NCBI GenBank assembly: GCA_977030845.1
Contig: OZ365119.1
Span: 3,906,001-3,970,000 of the forward strand
From: Fimbriosthenelais zetlandica
Taxonomy: Eukaryota
Direction of reading: 5' to 3'
Length of the DNA: 64,000 bases
Shown: piece by piece, positions 11,101 through 21,495 of the stretch
Layout: the number at the start of each line of letters is the position of its first letter
How positions within the stretch are numbered: the first letter of the stretch is position 1
Notes under the pieces: generated by a model
The model's input: only the letters and a program-made list of their open reading frames with translations
Database searches by the model: none
What the model was told of the DNA's origin: nothing
Program-made: the position numbers and the translations under genes

Positions 11101-13100
11101 CCCTCTCGACAGAACTCGGGTGGAAGGAAGGCAGGATTATCGATGTGGTATCTGTTTCCTTAAATGGAGATTCCATCAGGGTGGATTTTGTAGTCTACAT
11201 TAAATTTTCGCTCCTTACATAGATTACCAACAGCTCGAATTTTTTCTCTTTTTGATGCAGTTGCAGGTGATACATCATCATTAACCCATACATCTTTCCA
11301 AAGATCCTTGCCCTTGAGTTTATTCGTTATGGCTAAGATATTGTTTCTAGCTTTTCTTGACTTAAGCTTTATAATCACGGGGCGTGAGCGATTCTCATGT
11401 ACCTTTCGACCAAAAACGACCAAAATCGACCGTTTCGACTTATAACATAAAAATTAGTTTTTTTTATCAGTGGTTTTATTTTTAAAGAGCAAAAAGTGTG
11501 TCTAAGGTAATTTAATTAGTCAGGAAGCAGGAGGAAGACCGGTTATCATACCGATCCTGCTTATCGTGAATTTTGTATTTTTTTCATGTCTCCTGAATAA
11601 ATTAGATGTTGTAAAAAAAACCAAAAAAAAACCGGTATATAGCTTCAATGTCATTTTCATTGAGAGTAACTCCCATATGAGTAGCCAGCTGGACTGCTGC
11701 CTCATGTAGGTTTTCCCCTGTAACCTCCCCTATTCCAGTGATTCTCAGATTACAGCTGCGCTTGTCATTTTCTAATTGTTCTACTCTATCTGACAATCTA
11801 GTATTTTCTGATTCTAAATGTCTCAAACGTGTGTTTTTTTTTATAGTCGGAGATCATTTGAGGCAGTTGTTTCGTTAATATCTCCAAACCCGCTCGGTAG
11901 GGACTCCACTGTGGTGGAAATTGGAAACTGGCAGGGATGTGAAACCGTCCCGGGCATCAGGAAACAGGGACTTGCCCATTCTTGCTCACCAACAGCTCAT
12001 GGGGGCCACTACCGTAAGTAAATTTAATATTTTTAATAAATTTAAAATAAGATCATAGCAGATAAGATGTTCAGTTAAGTTGATACACTCTGGCCAGTGT
12101 TTGCCTGTATCTTTACACCATAACAACTGCACTGCGAAGGCCGCAGTCCAGTTTGAATGTGATAAAACTCCTTGGTGGTCAAGCCTCAGGACTCTTGGCA
12201 CAGGTAGGCTGAGCCACGAGTTTGGAAGGAAATCATTGAAGCGCGACTGACTTTGATTGGGCTGATTCGAGCACATTCGAGCTTTTCTCTTAGTTGTTTT
12301 GGGTCGTAATGAAACAACTGCGAGAGAGGCTCTCATGTGTTAACCCCTAAATAAAATGGCCATGATGACCCTGGTTGTTTTTGCATACTGTACATTGCGT
12401 TGCCAAAAGGTGTAATTCCATGGAATTTAATTGTATCTATGGTACCTATGTGGGAAGACTTGGAACAGATAATCTTCAGGGTACCCCCCCCCCCCTCTCA
12501 CACACTTTCACATCCCCACGCACTCTGGCATTAGCATAACCTACCTCTCCAGTAGCTGGTATCTAGAAACACTTTTGATTTTGCCTCCATCTACATCGAA
12601 CGACTGCCCCTCTCTTCTTGCCAAGACCTAATAATAGAAATACCGGCGAAAACGACTTCCGACCTGACATTAGCGTTTAGTTTGCTGAACAACACAGACC
12701 AAGTCACCATTCAACATTTTTCGGTAAGCACTATTATAATATATTTTGCTTCTTGAGTTTTTTTGAATCTCTATTCTCTGCCTTTAGGTTTGATTTCTCC
12801 AGAAATCCTTAACTAACAATTATATAAAAATATTTTGAAATAATTGTAACTAGACAAAGAAGGCCTAAGGTACCTGAACGATTTTTCAGTTTGAAATTGT
12901 TTTTATCCTAATCATTAATCATTCCAAGCAATTTTGTAGGTATTGGGATTGTCTATCATTGAAGTTATTATGAAAACACTATTTGATATAGAATTCTTTT
13001 TCATTGTAACATTGTCAAGCATCCAATTCAAAAATCACTTATTCAAATCTGAAATATCTAAAATATAACTTATTTTTCAGAGTTGATATCAGCTGTTGAT

Positions 13101-15226
13101 ATGCCTGTAGAGGACGAATTCTTCGAATTTGATCTGCAAATAAATGACAATGAGAAAATTACCGTTAGAGTGTACAGACCCAAGGACACTGGGAAAGAGA
13201 TTCCGCGATTAACAGCCAAGCACAAGAAAAACAAACCCAACAAAAAAGATGTTGTTGTGAGTATGTTTATACAATTCTGTCCAAATAGAGTAGATCAGTG
13301 CATTTTGTAAGAATAATTTTTTGGGGGGTTGGGGTGTGAGGATGTCGGGGATGGGGAGGGTGGTGATGCTGGAGTTATGCAGACCCTATGGGGTGCATTA
13401 TGAGTCTTAAGCCGGGACTCCACTGCTGCGATTTTGTTTGCGACACGTCTGCGACAAAGGTGATGCTTGTGTTTCAATGATAAATTTACCATTGGAGGAC
13501 GGCATTAAGGCCTTAGACACTAATACTTGAACCACAATTTAAAAATTGTATTCTTACACAACTTCACAAGCATCACCTTGGTCGCAGTAGTGTCGCAAGC
13601 AAAATCGCAGAAGTAGAGTCCCGGCTTTAACTCGTTATATAAAGCCGGGACTCCACTAAAATTTACAAATTGTGATTCAAGTGTCCAAGGCCTTAAGGCC
13701 GTCCTCCACTGGTAAATTTATCAGTGAAACACAAGCAACACCTTTGTCGCAGACGTGTCGCAAGCACTGTCGCAGCAGTGGAATCCCGGCTTTAAGTCTG
13801 TGGATTTGGTTGCTGTTTATCTCTGTTTCTTCCCCGTTGACAGCTTGCTAGTGTAATCCCATCCAACTTATATAGTTTAGGAATGTACCAATAAGAGAAA
13901 GCCAGACGACCTAATAAACTGTCATGGCCTACTTTCAGAGATGGAAAAGACGGCAAGGGTCAGAGAATGTTTCCTACACCCAAAACTTAACCTGCTTTAA
14001 AAATGCTACTCTCATTCCTCCAATATTTTGTAGGCTATATATTTGGGGGGCTGGGGCGGTAGGCTGTTCAAAGAATTTTGAAGTGTTCAAAGAATTTTGG
14101 AATTTTTTGAACTCCAACGGACCATTCAATATTTAAAATCACTAATATAGTACATACTTATCCAGGTTAGACATTATGACCATACCATGAAATATATCAA
14201 AGGCAAGCTCTAGATAAAGTTCATGTGTGTGTGGGGGTGGGTGGGGGGGGGGGGCTGGTGGAGGGGTGCGGGTGGTCATGCATTGACTGATTTTATATCT
14301 GTTATCGGTAATCTAAAGTTCTTGTGGGCATGCATTTAGACATTAGTGATTTGAAATAATGTTCCAACTAAGCTAAACTCTATTAACAAACAAACTAGTG
14401 GATGTATAACTATTTAACAAACTAATAAATATCAATGTACTAGTCTGGAATGAGGAATTGAATTGAAATTAAACCAAAATTAATGAGAATCCACTGTTTA
14501 TTTTTACAGGAACTCATAAAACGATTGACTGGAGATCACATTCGTCGGAAAATGAAACCTCAGGAGACCATGGTCCAGAAAAGACAAAGCTCTCTCCGCA
14601 TCGACAGCCAACCTGTCAACCGAGAATTCCGCAACATCCACATCCAAGAAGGCAACCTCTCCTACGCCGTCGTCACTGTCGACCCAGCCGCACTACTTTG
14701 TTATTTCTCCGACGAAAGCACCCAACTTGACACCATGTTGAATTCATACATCCAAGAAGGCCTCGCTCGCAGCTTCCGAAGCAGCACCCACCATAGAATC
14801 AGAGTCACGATTGAATACCACAAGACACAGGACAAAAAGAAAAGTCCAAAATCGGCCAGGAAGAATAATGAAAGGGAAGTAGATGGCGGGGAAGCTGAAC
14901 GGTTGCATAGAGAGGTAGAGAAAAGGCAGCAGTCGACTGGGAGGACGCAGCAGCCAAATCCTTCATATGGGTCGACCCACAAGGGAGACCGAGCGGAGGT
15001 TAATTCAGAGAGATGGTGGTTTATTCTGATGGAGGATGATTCTTATGATGACGTGGAGGTTGGACAAGTTGGACAAAAAGTCCAAGGGGTGTACAAGGAT
15101 TGGCTTGCAGTTCATGGTCCCCCTCAGGGGGCAGCAACATCTGGCCTGGTGAAATGCAGTGAATATCCACCTTGCCCCGAATGTTCTTTGGCAATGAAAG
15201 TTGGAAAATTCTTCGAATGCCCTTAA
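13101..15226 (+). CDS. Unknown protein, copy 2 of the tandem pair (coding exons 13101-13256 and 14510-15226, about 290 aa)
   Basis: Same ATG position and phase-0 splice sites as copy 1; shared FFEFDL..RVY.PKDTG.EIPRLTAKHKKNKPNKKDV and REFRNIHIQEG.LSYAVVTVDPA motifs. Confidence 0.7.
13410..13626. mobile_element. MITE family A copy
   Basis: Same TIRs and core as 10758-10968, with a short internal insertion. Confidence 0.95.
13643..13791. mobile_element. MITE family A, internally deleted copy, adjacent to the previous one
   Basis: AGCCGGGACTCCAC start and GTGGAATCCCGGCT end; core in opposite orientation; shortened. Confidence 0.85.
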
Positions 15227-15561
15227 TTACTTCCAGATTTCTGCATATTTCTTCAGCAAATATTCAGCCAACTGTTATTGATGCTTTATTGACTGCTATG
15301 GGTATTCAAAAGAAAGCCCTGAAAAATACATAATTTCATGCCCTACTGTATTGCCTATAAATATGAAAAATGGAAACTTATACGGGAATACACAGTTTAA
15401 TGTGATATAAAGCTCTATAAATCTAGTAAAATAGATAGAATATAACATACTGTATATTAATTTAGAAATCAGTAGATTTAGAAATGTGTCATTGAGAGAC
15501 CTTGTGGAATAGTCTATAATTATATAGGTCTTATCTAATGGAGTGTGACAAACCCTTATAT

Positions 15562-15809
15562 AGCTAATCAAGCATCGAGAATACTGTCACAGATTTTGGA
15601 TATTTATATATATATATATGTTGTACTTTTTCATATATTACTATGTACATGTATACATGTATGTATAACATATAGGCCTAAATATCCAAAATTCCCTTCA
15701 GTATTATACAGGCCCAACCAAAGTTTACGGGATTAGTAATATATGAAAAAGTACAACATATATATAAATATCCAAAATCTGTGACAGTATTCTCGATGCT
15801 TGATTAGCT
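15562..15809. mobile_element. Fold-back MITE with about 80-bp TIRs
   Basis: AGCTAATCAAGCATCGAGAATACTGTCACAGATTTTGGATATTTATAT... is the reverse complement of the right end; the arms differ in (TA)n length. Confidence 0.85.
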
Positions 15810-16396
15810 TACTATGTCACCCCTATCCACTGTCAGCGTCAAGTTAGATTAACTATTGCTATAACCAAAGGACTGTACTGTATTAGTAACAGGGATGTGA
15901 ACCCAATCGCTATCTTTTTAATTATTTTGAATCGAATAAAATGTTATCTGAATTGTAGACTTATTTCCTTTCAAAACGAAAACCCATTGTCTCTCATTGT
16001 CTGTGGTTAGAGTCTTGTAAGAGAACCAATGAAGATGCTGTCTGAGAAGAGCAGACTGAACACCGACAACTTGTTTCCACTTGTTCCAATATAACCCTGG
16101 CTGATTTTTAACCAATACAGAGAGTGAGATTGGCAACATTTTGATAGCAATTTTATTTGACAATTCCACTGGGATTCCAAACTTATATTCGTTATTAATA
16201 CATAAATGAAATTTAAATTTGAATCATTGATGCAAAGAGAATCTCCTGCATTATTAAGCCTTTTACTCGCCCCTAGCCAAAACTAATGCCCAACATTTGA
16301 TTTATATTTTGAGTGCATGCAGGTAGGTTACTATTAGAATTTACTGAAAACATCACTGGAAACTAAGTATTACAATTCGAACACCCACATAGCAAA

Positions 16397-18031
16397 ATGG
16401 CTGTTTTCGTCACGATTGCTTTTGGATTTCTGACTATACTTGTATGCAAGGTAATTCATGACTACATATCTAAGAAGCAAGCTCTACCAGGACCCTGGGC
16501 GTTCCCATTGCTTGGTAACATTCTCCACATGAGAAAAAGCTCCTATTTAGGCCTCACTAAATTAGCTAGACAATATGGAGGATTGTACAAGCTGCGCTTC
16601 TTCCGTACTGACTATGTTGTCGTGAGTGACTTAGCTTTAATTCAGGAGGTTTTCGCTTCCGAGGAGTGCTCGGCCCGAGCTTATTCTTACCGAATGAATC
16701 AAATGATCATGAAAGGATGGCAGGATGTTGGTTTGGCCAGCTACTCTCCTGAATGGAACGATAGAAAGAAAGCATTGATTCGATCCCTCAGTACCAATGG
16801 GCAGATTGGTAGTAAGCTAGAACGCATCACCACTCAATGGACTGACAAACTTTTGAAGGATGTTTCTGTTGCAAGTCGCGGCGACAAAAGGACCGTCGAT
16901 TTGAAGAACCATCTCCATCTTTGCACTGCTGGAGTCATGACGACTCTAATATATGGACGTAGACTAGATGATTCAGTTATTATGGAACTTATGAGGGGCG
17001 ACTATGCCAAGCTGAAGTTCATGTCTCCATTTGGATTATCAACACTGATTGATTGGTGCTCCTGGGTCCGATTCCTACCCATTAAAAGCCTTCAGGAAGG
17101 CATCGCAACTGCTAATATTACAGCAGATTGGTTACAAGCCAGATACAAAGAACTGAAGGAGATTGACAAGGCAAAACACTGCAAACCGAAGACGTTGGCT
17201 GCAAGCAATTTGGTAGATGACCAAAATGAAAATCCTGAGGAGAACACCAAAAGCGAACGGCCAACCGACAGTCAAGTTGCGGATCGAAGCAGGATAACTA
17301 ACACACAAGTTGAGGATCGAAGCATTCTACATTCCTTGATGGAACATGTGAATAAAGTTACCAATAAATCTTTCACCGAAGCTGAGATACTCGGGATGTC
17401 ATCTAATATGATTTCAGCTGGGTTCCAAACTACTTCAAACTCCCTTTACTGCTTCTTTCTTATACTGATTAACCATCTTGACATTCAAGAGAAACTCTAC
17501 GAAGAAATTCAAAATGTTCTTGGAGACAAGCAGCCTGTGGTTGCAGATAGGAATCGTATGCCATACATGGCTGCTGCAATTGAGGAACTATTCCGTTATA
17601 CAAGCATACTACCCATGGCATTGGGTCACTACACAAGCAAGGACACCACAATCGGTAGCTATTACATCCCCAAAGACACCCATGTCTTCGTCAACCTCTG
17701 GGCTGTAAACCACAATGAAGAATACTTCCAAAACCCATGGGAATTCAAACCTGAAAGATTCATCACAGAAGATGGCATGTTGACAATCGGTGGGGAGAAA
17801 ATGAGAAGTTACAATCTACCATTTGGTGGAGGGAAAAGGATATGTCCAGCAATCCCCATGGCTAAAAACAGGATCTTCCTCATTGTCACATCTATGCTGC
17901 AGAAATTCAAGTTCCTGCCTGAAGATGGATCCAACATCCCATCCTGTGACCCACGCCTATATTGTCCTGGTTTTGTTGTTTTGCCTCAACGTTATAAAGT
18001 GCGAATTGAGGAAAGGAAATTGATGGCGTGA
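16397..18031 (+). CDS. Cytochrome P450 (clan 2-like), intronless, copy 1, 544 aa
   Basis: N-terminal anchor, PGPWAFPLLGN, I-helix AGFQT, EELFR, PERF, heme motif FGGGKRICPA. Confidence 0.95.
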   Translation: MAVFVTIAFGFLTILVCKVIHDYISKKQALPGPWAFPLLGNILHMRKSSYLGLTKLARQYGGLYKLRFFRTDYVVVSDLALIQEVFASEECSARAYSYRMNQMIMKGWQDVGLASYSPEWNDRKKALIRSLSTNGQIGSKLERITTQWTDKLLKDVSVASRGDKRTVDLKNHLHLCTAGVMTTLIYGRRLDDSVIMELMRGDYAKLKFMSPFGLSTLIDWCSWVRFLPIKSLQEGIATANITADWLQARYKELKEIDKAKHCKPKTLAASNLVDDQNENPEENTKSERPTDSQVADRSRITNTQVEDRSILHSLMEHVNKVTNKSFTEAEILGMSSNMISAGFQTTSNSLYCFFLILINHLDIQEKLYEEIQNVLGDKQPVVADRNRMPYMAAAIEELFRYTSILPMALGHYTSKDTTIGSYYIPKDTHVFVNLWAVNHNEEYFQNPWEFKPERFITEDGMLTIGGEKMRSYNLPFGGGKRICPAIPMAKNRIFLIVTSMLQKFKFLPEDGSNIPSCDPRLYCPGFVVLPQRYKVRIEERKLMA

Positions 18032-18064
18032 GCAGTGCATCCATGATCCTAGCTGATAGGTGTC

Positions 18065-18365
18065 CATTTCTTTTAGTTAGAATTTTTATAGAGCCTGTTA
18101 TGGGTGAATACCAGCTCACACTCTTGATTACTCAAGTTTCTCGTATGATTTTCAGCTGGGGGCTCTTTCTATGTGCATAACTACATTGCCTTCTGTGCAA
18201 TGGATATTTCTAGGTGCATGTGCTCTAGAACATATGTACAACAGTGAGGAGGGAGGCATTGGAAATGCCTTGGACAACTCGGGGGATTGAACCGCCGACC
18301 CTTCGATCATTGATCAATCACCCTGTATGAGCTGGCGCTCTAACCAACGGAGCTAACTCCCCTCC
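18065..18365 (-). mobile_element. tRNA-derived SINE, near full-length copy
   Basis: Minus-strand head with A box TAGCTCCGTTGGTTAGAGC and B box GGTTCAATCC but no acceptor-stem pairing. Body and A-rich tail recur at four other sites. Confidence 0.75.
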
Positions 18366-19205
18366 CCTTTTGGTAACATTTGTGGTTACAAAATCCTGAA
18401 ACTGCTGACAACTGGAACTGTTTGAGTTCGAATGTTCGAATGGACATGCTGTTATCATTGCTCAAGTTTCCTTGATGGTCCCATGGAGAGATTTCAAATT
18501 AAACCTGAAATCTAAGACACGTTTCATTGCATTGCTAAATTCTGAACTTGAACTATAAGCTCTTAAGGCCTGATTCTCAAAAGATGTCCCGAGTATCGGA
18601 CACCTATAATTACTCAGGCGTTTGGCTTCATATTCTGTTCGGAAGGTCCCTTAGTGATATTTCTAGGTACAATGTTATGGTGATATGGTATATAGATTTT
18701 TATCTTAGGTCAAAAATCAAGGTCAATAAAAAAACCTATAAAGAAAATAAAGTTTTTCTGTATTCCTCTATAGCTATTTCATACATGATCTTTCAGAAGT
18801 CATTGGTTTGTGTAATTCTTGGATTGGTCGTTGTATAATTGAGTTTCAAATGGAAAATGTTGTGCTCCGTTTACGATGGGGAAAGTATCAAATATTCTGG
18901 TCGGAATAATACCGAGGGTGTCATCTCAGAAAAGTTGTCATACTGATCTACGTCCCCCCAACCCCCACCCACCCTCTTTAAGCAATCCCTTTCCACCTCT
19001 ACTGTATAATATATCATGTAAATCTAGATAGCTGTATGTTCAAAGTTTAAACAAACTGGGACAGTATAAAACTAGTTGCCGCTTGCTTAGTTATACTATA
19101 TACCCCAACTAGTGTGACATGTGCCCTACATTTAAGGATAAGCTAACACACATTGATTTTATTGAACAGACCTACGACGAATAGAGGTAAACCCCGAGGA
19201 GAATC

Positions 19206-20816
19206 ATGGCTATTTCATTGTCAATTGCTGTTGGATTTCTAACCTTCCTTGTGTGTAAGGTACTTTATGACTATGTCTGGCCTACAAGGCCGGCTCTACC
19301 AGGACCCTGGGCATTCCCATTCCTTGGTAACATCCTCCAAATGAGGAAAATGTCATATTTATCACTCACTGAATTAGCTAGACAATATGGCGGATTGTAC
19401 AAGCTGCGCTTCTTCCGTACTGACTATGTTGTCGTGAGTGATTTGTCTTTAATTCAGGAGGTTTTCGCTTCCGAGGACTGCTCTGCCCGAGCTTATTCCT
19501 ACCGAATGAATCAAATGATCATGAAAGGATGGCCGAATGTCATCTTGGGTTGCTACTCTCCCGAATGGAACGATAGAAAGAAAGCATTGATTCGATCCCT
19601 CAGCGCGTATGGATTAGCAGGTACTAAGTTAGAACACATCACCACTCAATGGATTGACAAACTTTTGAGTGATATGTCACTCGAGAGTGGAGAAGATTCC
19701 ACCCAGAGCATCGATTTGAAGACTCACTTCCATTTATGCACTGCTGGGGTCATCACTACATTGATGTATGGAAGGAAGTTAGATAATTCAGTCATTATGG
19801 AACTTAAGAAAGGTGATTATGCCAAGATGAAGTTTATGGCACCGTTTGGACTCGCTGCATTAATTGATCGGTTCCCATGGGTCAGATTCCTGCCCATTAA
19901 GAGCCTCCAGGAGGGTGTAGCATCTACTAATGTCACATCAGATTGGTTGCAAGCTAGATTCAAAGAACTAAAATCACGTGACAAGGCAAAACATCGCCAA
20001 CCGGAGAAATTGGTTACACATGGGACCGACGGGCATAATGATAATTCTAAGGACAATCCAGTGAGTGGGAAAACCAAAATTGAAGGACCAACTGAGGATC
20101 GAAGCATTCTACATTCCTTGATGGAACATGTCAACAAAGTTACCAATAAATCTTTCACCGAAGCTGAAATACTAGGAATGTCATCTAATATCGTTTCTGC
20201 TGGTTTTCAAACCACTGCCAACTCCCTTTACTGCTTTTTCCTGATATTACTGAACCATCTGGACATTCAAGAGAAACTCTACAAAGAAATCCAAAAGGTT
20301 CTTGGAGACAAGCAGCCTGTGGTAGCCGATAGGAATCGCATGCCTTATATGGCTGCTGCCATTGAGGAACTCCTGCGTTACACAAGCATTTTTCCTATGG
20401 CATTGGATCATTTCACAAGCAAGGACACCATAATCAGTAGCTACCACATTCCTAAGGACACCCACATCCTCATCAACCTCTGGGCCGTAAGCCACAACGA
20501 GGAATATTTCCAAAACCCGTGGGAGTTCAAACCTGAAAGATTCATCACAGACGATGGCATGTTGACAATCGGTGGGGAGAAAATGAGAAGTTACAATCTA
20601 CCATTTGGCGGAGGGAAGAGAATATGCGCTGCCATGCCCATGGCTAGGAACAGGATCTTCCTCATTGTCACATCTATGCTGCAGAAATTCAAGTTCCTGC
20701 CTGAAGATGGATCCAACATCCCATCCTGTGACCCACGTCTCTATTGTCCTGGATTTCTTCTTATACCCCACCCTTATAGAGTGCGGATTGAGGAAAGAAT
20801 AACGGCTGGGAGTTAG
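19206..20816 (+). CDS. Cytochrome P450 (clan 2-like), intronless, copy 2, 536 aa
   Basis: AGFQT, EELLR, PERF, FGGGKRICAA. Confidence 0.95.
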   Translation: MAISLSIAVGFLTFLVCKVLYDYVWPTRPALPGPWAFPFLGNILQMRKMSYLSLTELARQYGGLYKLRFFRTDYVVVSDLSLIQEVFASEDCSARAYSYRMNQMIMKGWPNVILGCYSPEWNDRKKALIRSLSAYGLAGTKLEHITTQWIDKLLSDMSLESGEDSTQSIDLKTHFHLCTAGVITTLMYGRKLDNSVIMELKKGDYAKMKFMAPFGLAALIDRFPWVRFLPIKSLQEGVASTNVTSDWLQARFKELKSRDKAKHRQPEKLVTHGTDGHNDNSKDNPVSGKTKIEGPTEDRSILHSLMEHVNKVTNKSFTEAEILGMSSNIVSAGFQTTANSLYCFFLILLNHLDIQEKLYKEIQKVLGDKQPVVADRNRMPYMAAAIEELLRYTSIFPMALDHFTSKDTIISSYHIPKDTHILINLWAVSHNEEYFQNPWEFKPERFITDDGMLTIGGEKMRSYNLPFGGGKRICAAMPMARNRIFLIVTSMLQKFKFLPEDGSNIPSCDPRLYCPGFLLIPHPYRVRIEERITAGS

Positions 20817-21495
20817 AAGTGAATCCTAGCTTCAAGCTTGGTAATCGTTTGGGGTTACAAGATGGCAAATTTTGAGCTGTGACTTGACATCCAAGAAGAA
20901 ACCACTTGCAGCTCACTGCAGGCTCAAACCGAATATTATCACTCTTCTCATTCTGTTGGAGAGATTTTAAATTAAAAGTGAAATATAATACACGTTTCTT
21001 TGCATAGCTTAATTCTGAATATTGACTAAAGTTGAAGTGCTTATTCACAAAAGAGGCCTTGAAATAAGGACACTTATTGGCATCCTATTGTGTTGAGGGT
21101 CTCTAAGTTATGCTTCTAAGTACATGTGATGTGGTACAGATTTTTATCTTGGACAGTCGAGGTCAATAAAAACATAGGAATCCTGAAAATGGAGGTTTTT
21201 TTGGTATTTTCTCTATAGCTGTAAGTGTACCAGGGCTCGGAGGCTTTTGCTGCTTAGTTATTCGGTGCGACACAATCCTTTTACCACCCCTATTATGTGA
21301 TATATTATGTAGATAGTGGTATTTATGTTCAAAGTTTAAAATAAACTAGGACAGTATACATACTAAATAATAGTTTTCAATCCATGCTACAATTTATGTG
21401 TGACTGGTGTGACATTTGTCCCACATTTAAAGATAACCCAGATTAATTTCATTTAATACTGTCTGTCACTCTGAGAAGTATAAACCCAGAGGAGA

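Larger units (their letters stand above)
9320..11900 (-). mobile_element. Decayed CR1/L2-group non-LTR retrotransposon: L1-like ORF1 + NADAR domain, internally deleted ORF2
   Basis: ORF1: EQLENDKRSCNLRITGIGE...DIEAIYRF/GRKVHENRSRPVIIKLKSRKARNNIL...VWVNDDVS. ORF2: endonuclease N-terminus LTFCHLNIRSL, RT end YLGLLIDNKL and LYKSTILPILDYGDIFY...LQSMQNRAIRIVF. A-rich 3' tail near 9320-9370. Confidence 0.85.

Noticed and set aside
12556-12723. Upstream exon as a coding exon of the duplicated gene
   Set aside because: Open in one frame in copy 2, but its phase-0 end does not fit the cag acceptor at 13080, and all frames are closed in copy 1; treated as 5' UTR.
18272-18362. Functional tRNA gene
   Set aside because: A and B boxes are present but the acceptor and anticodon stems do not pair, and it is attached to a repeated body, so it is a SINE head.
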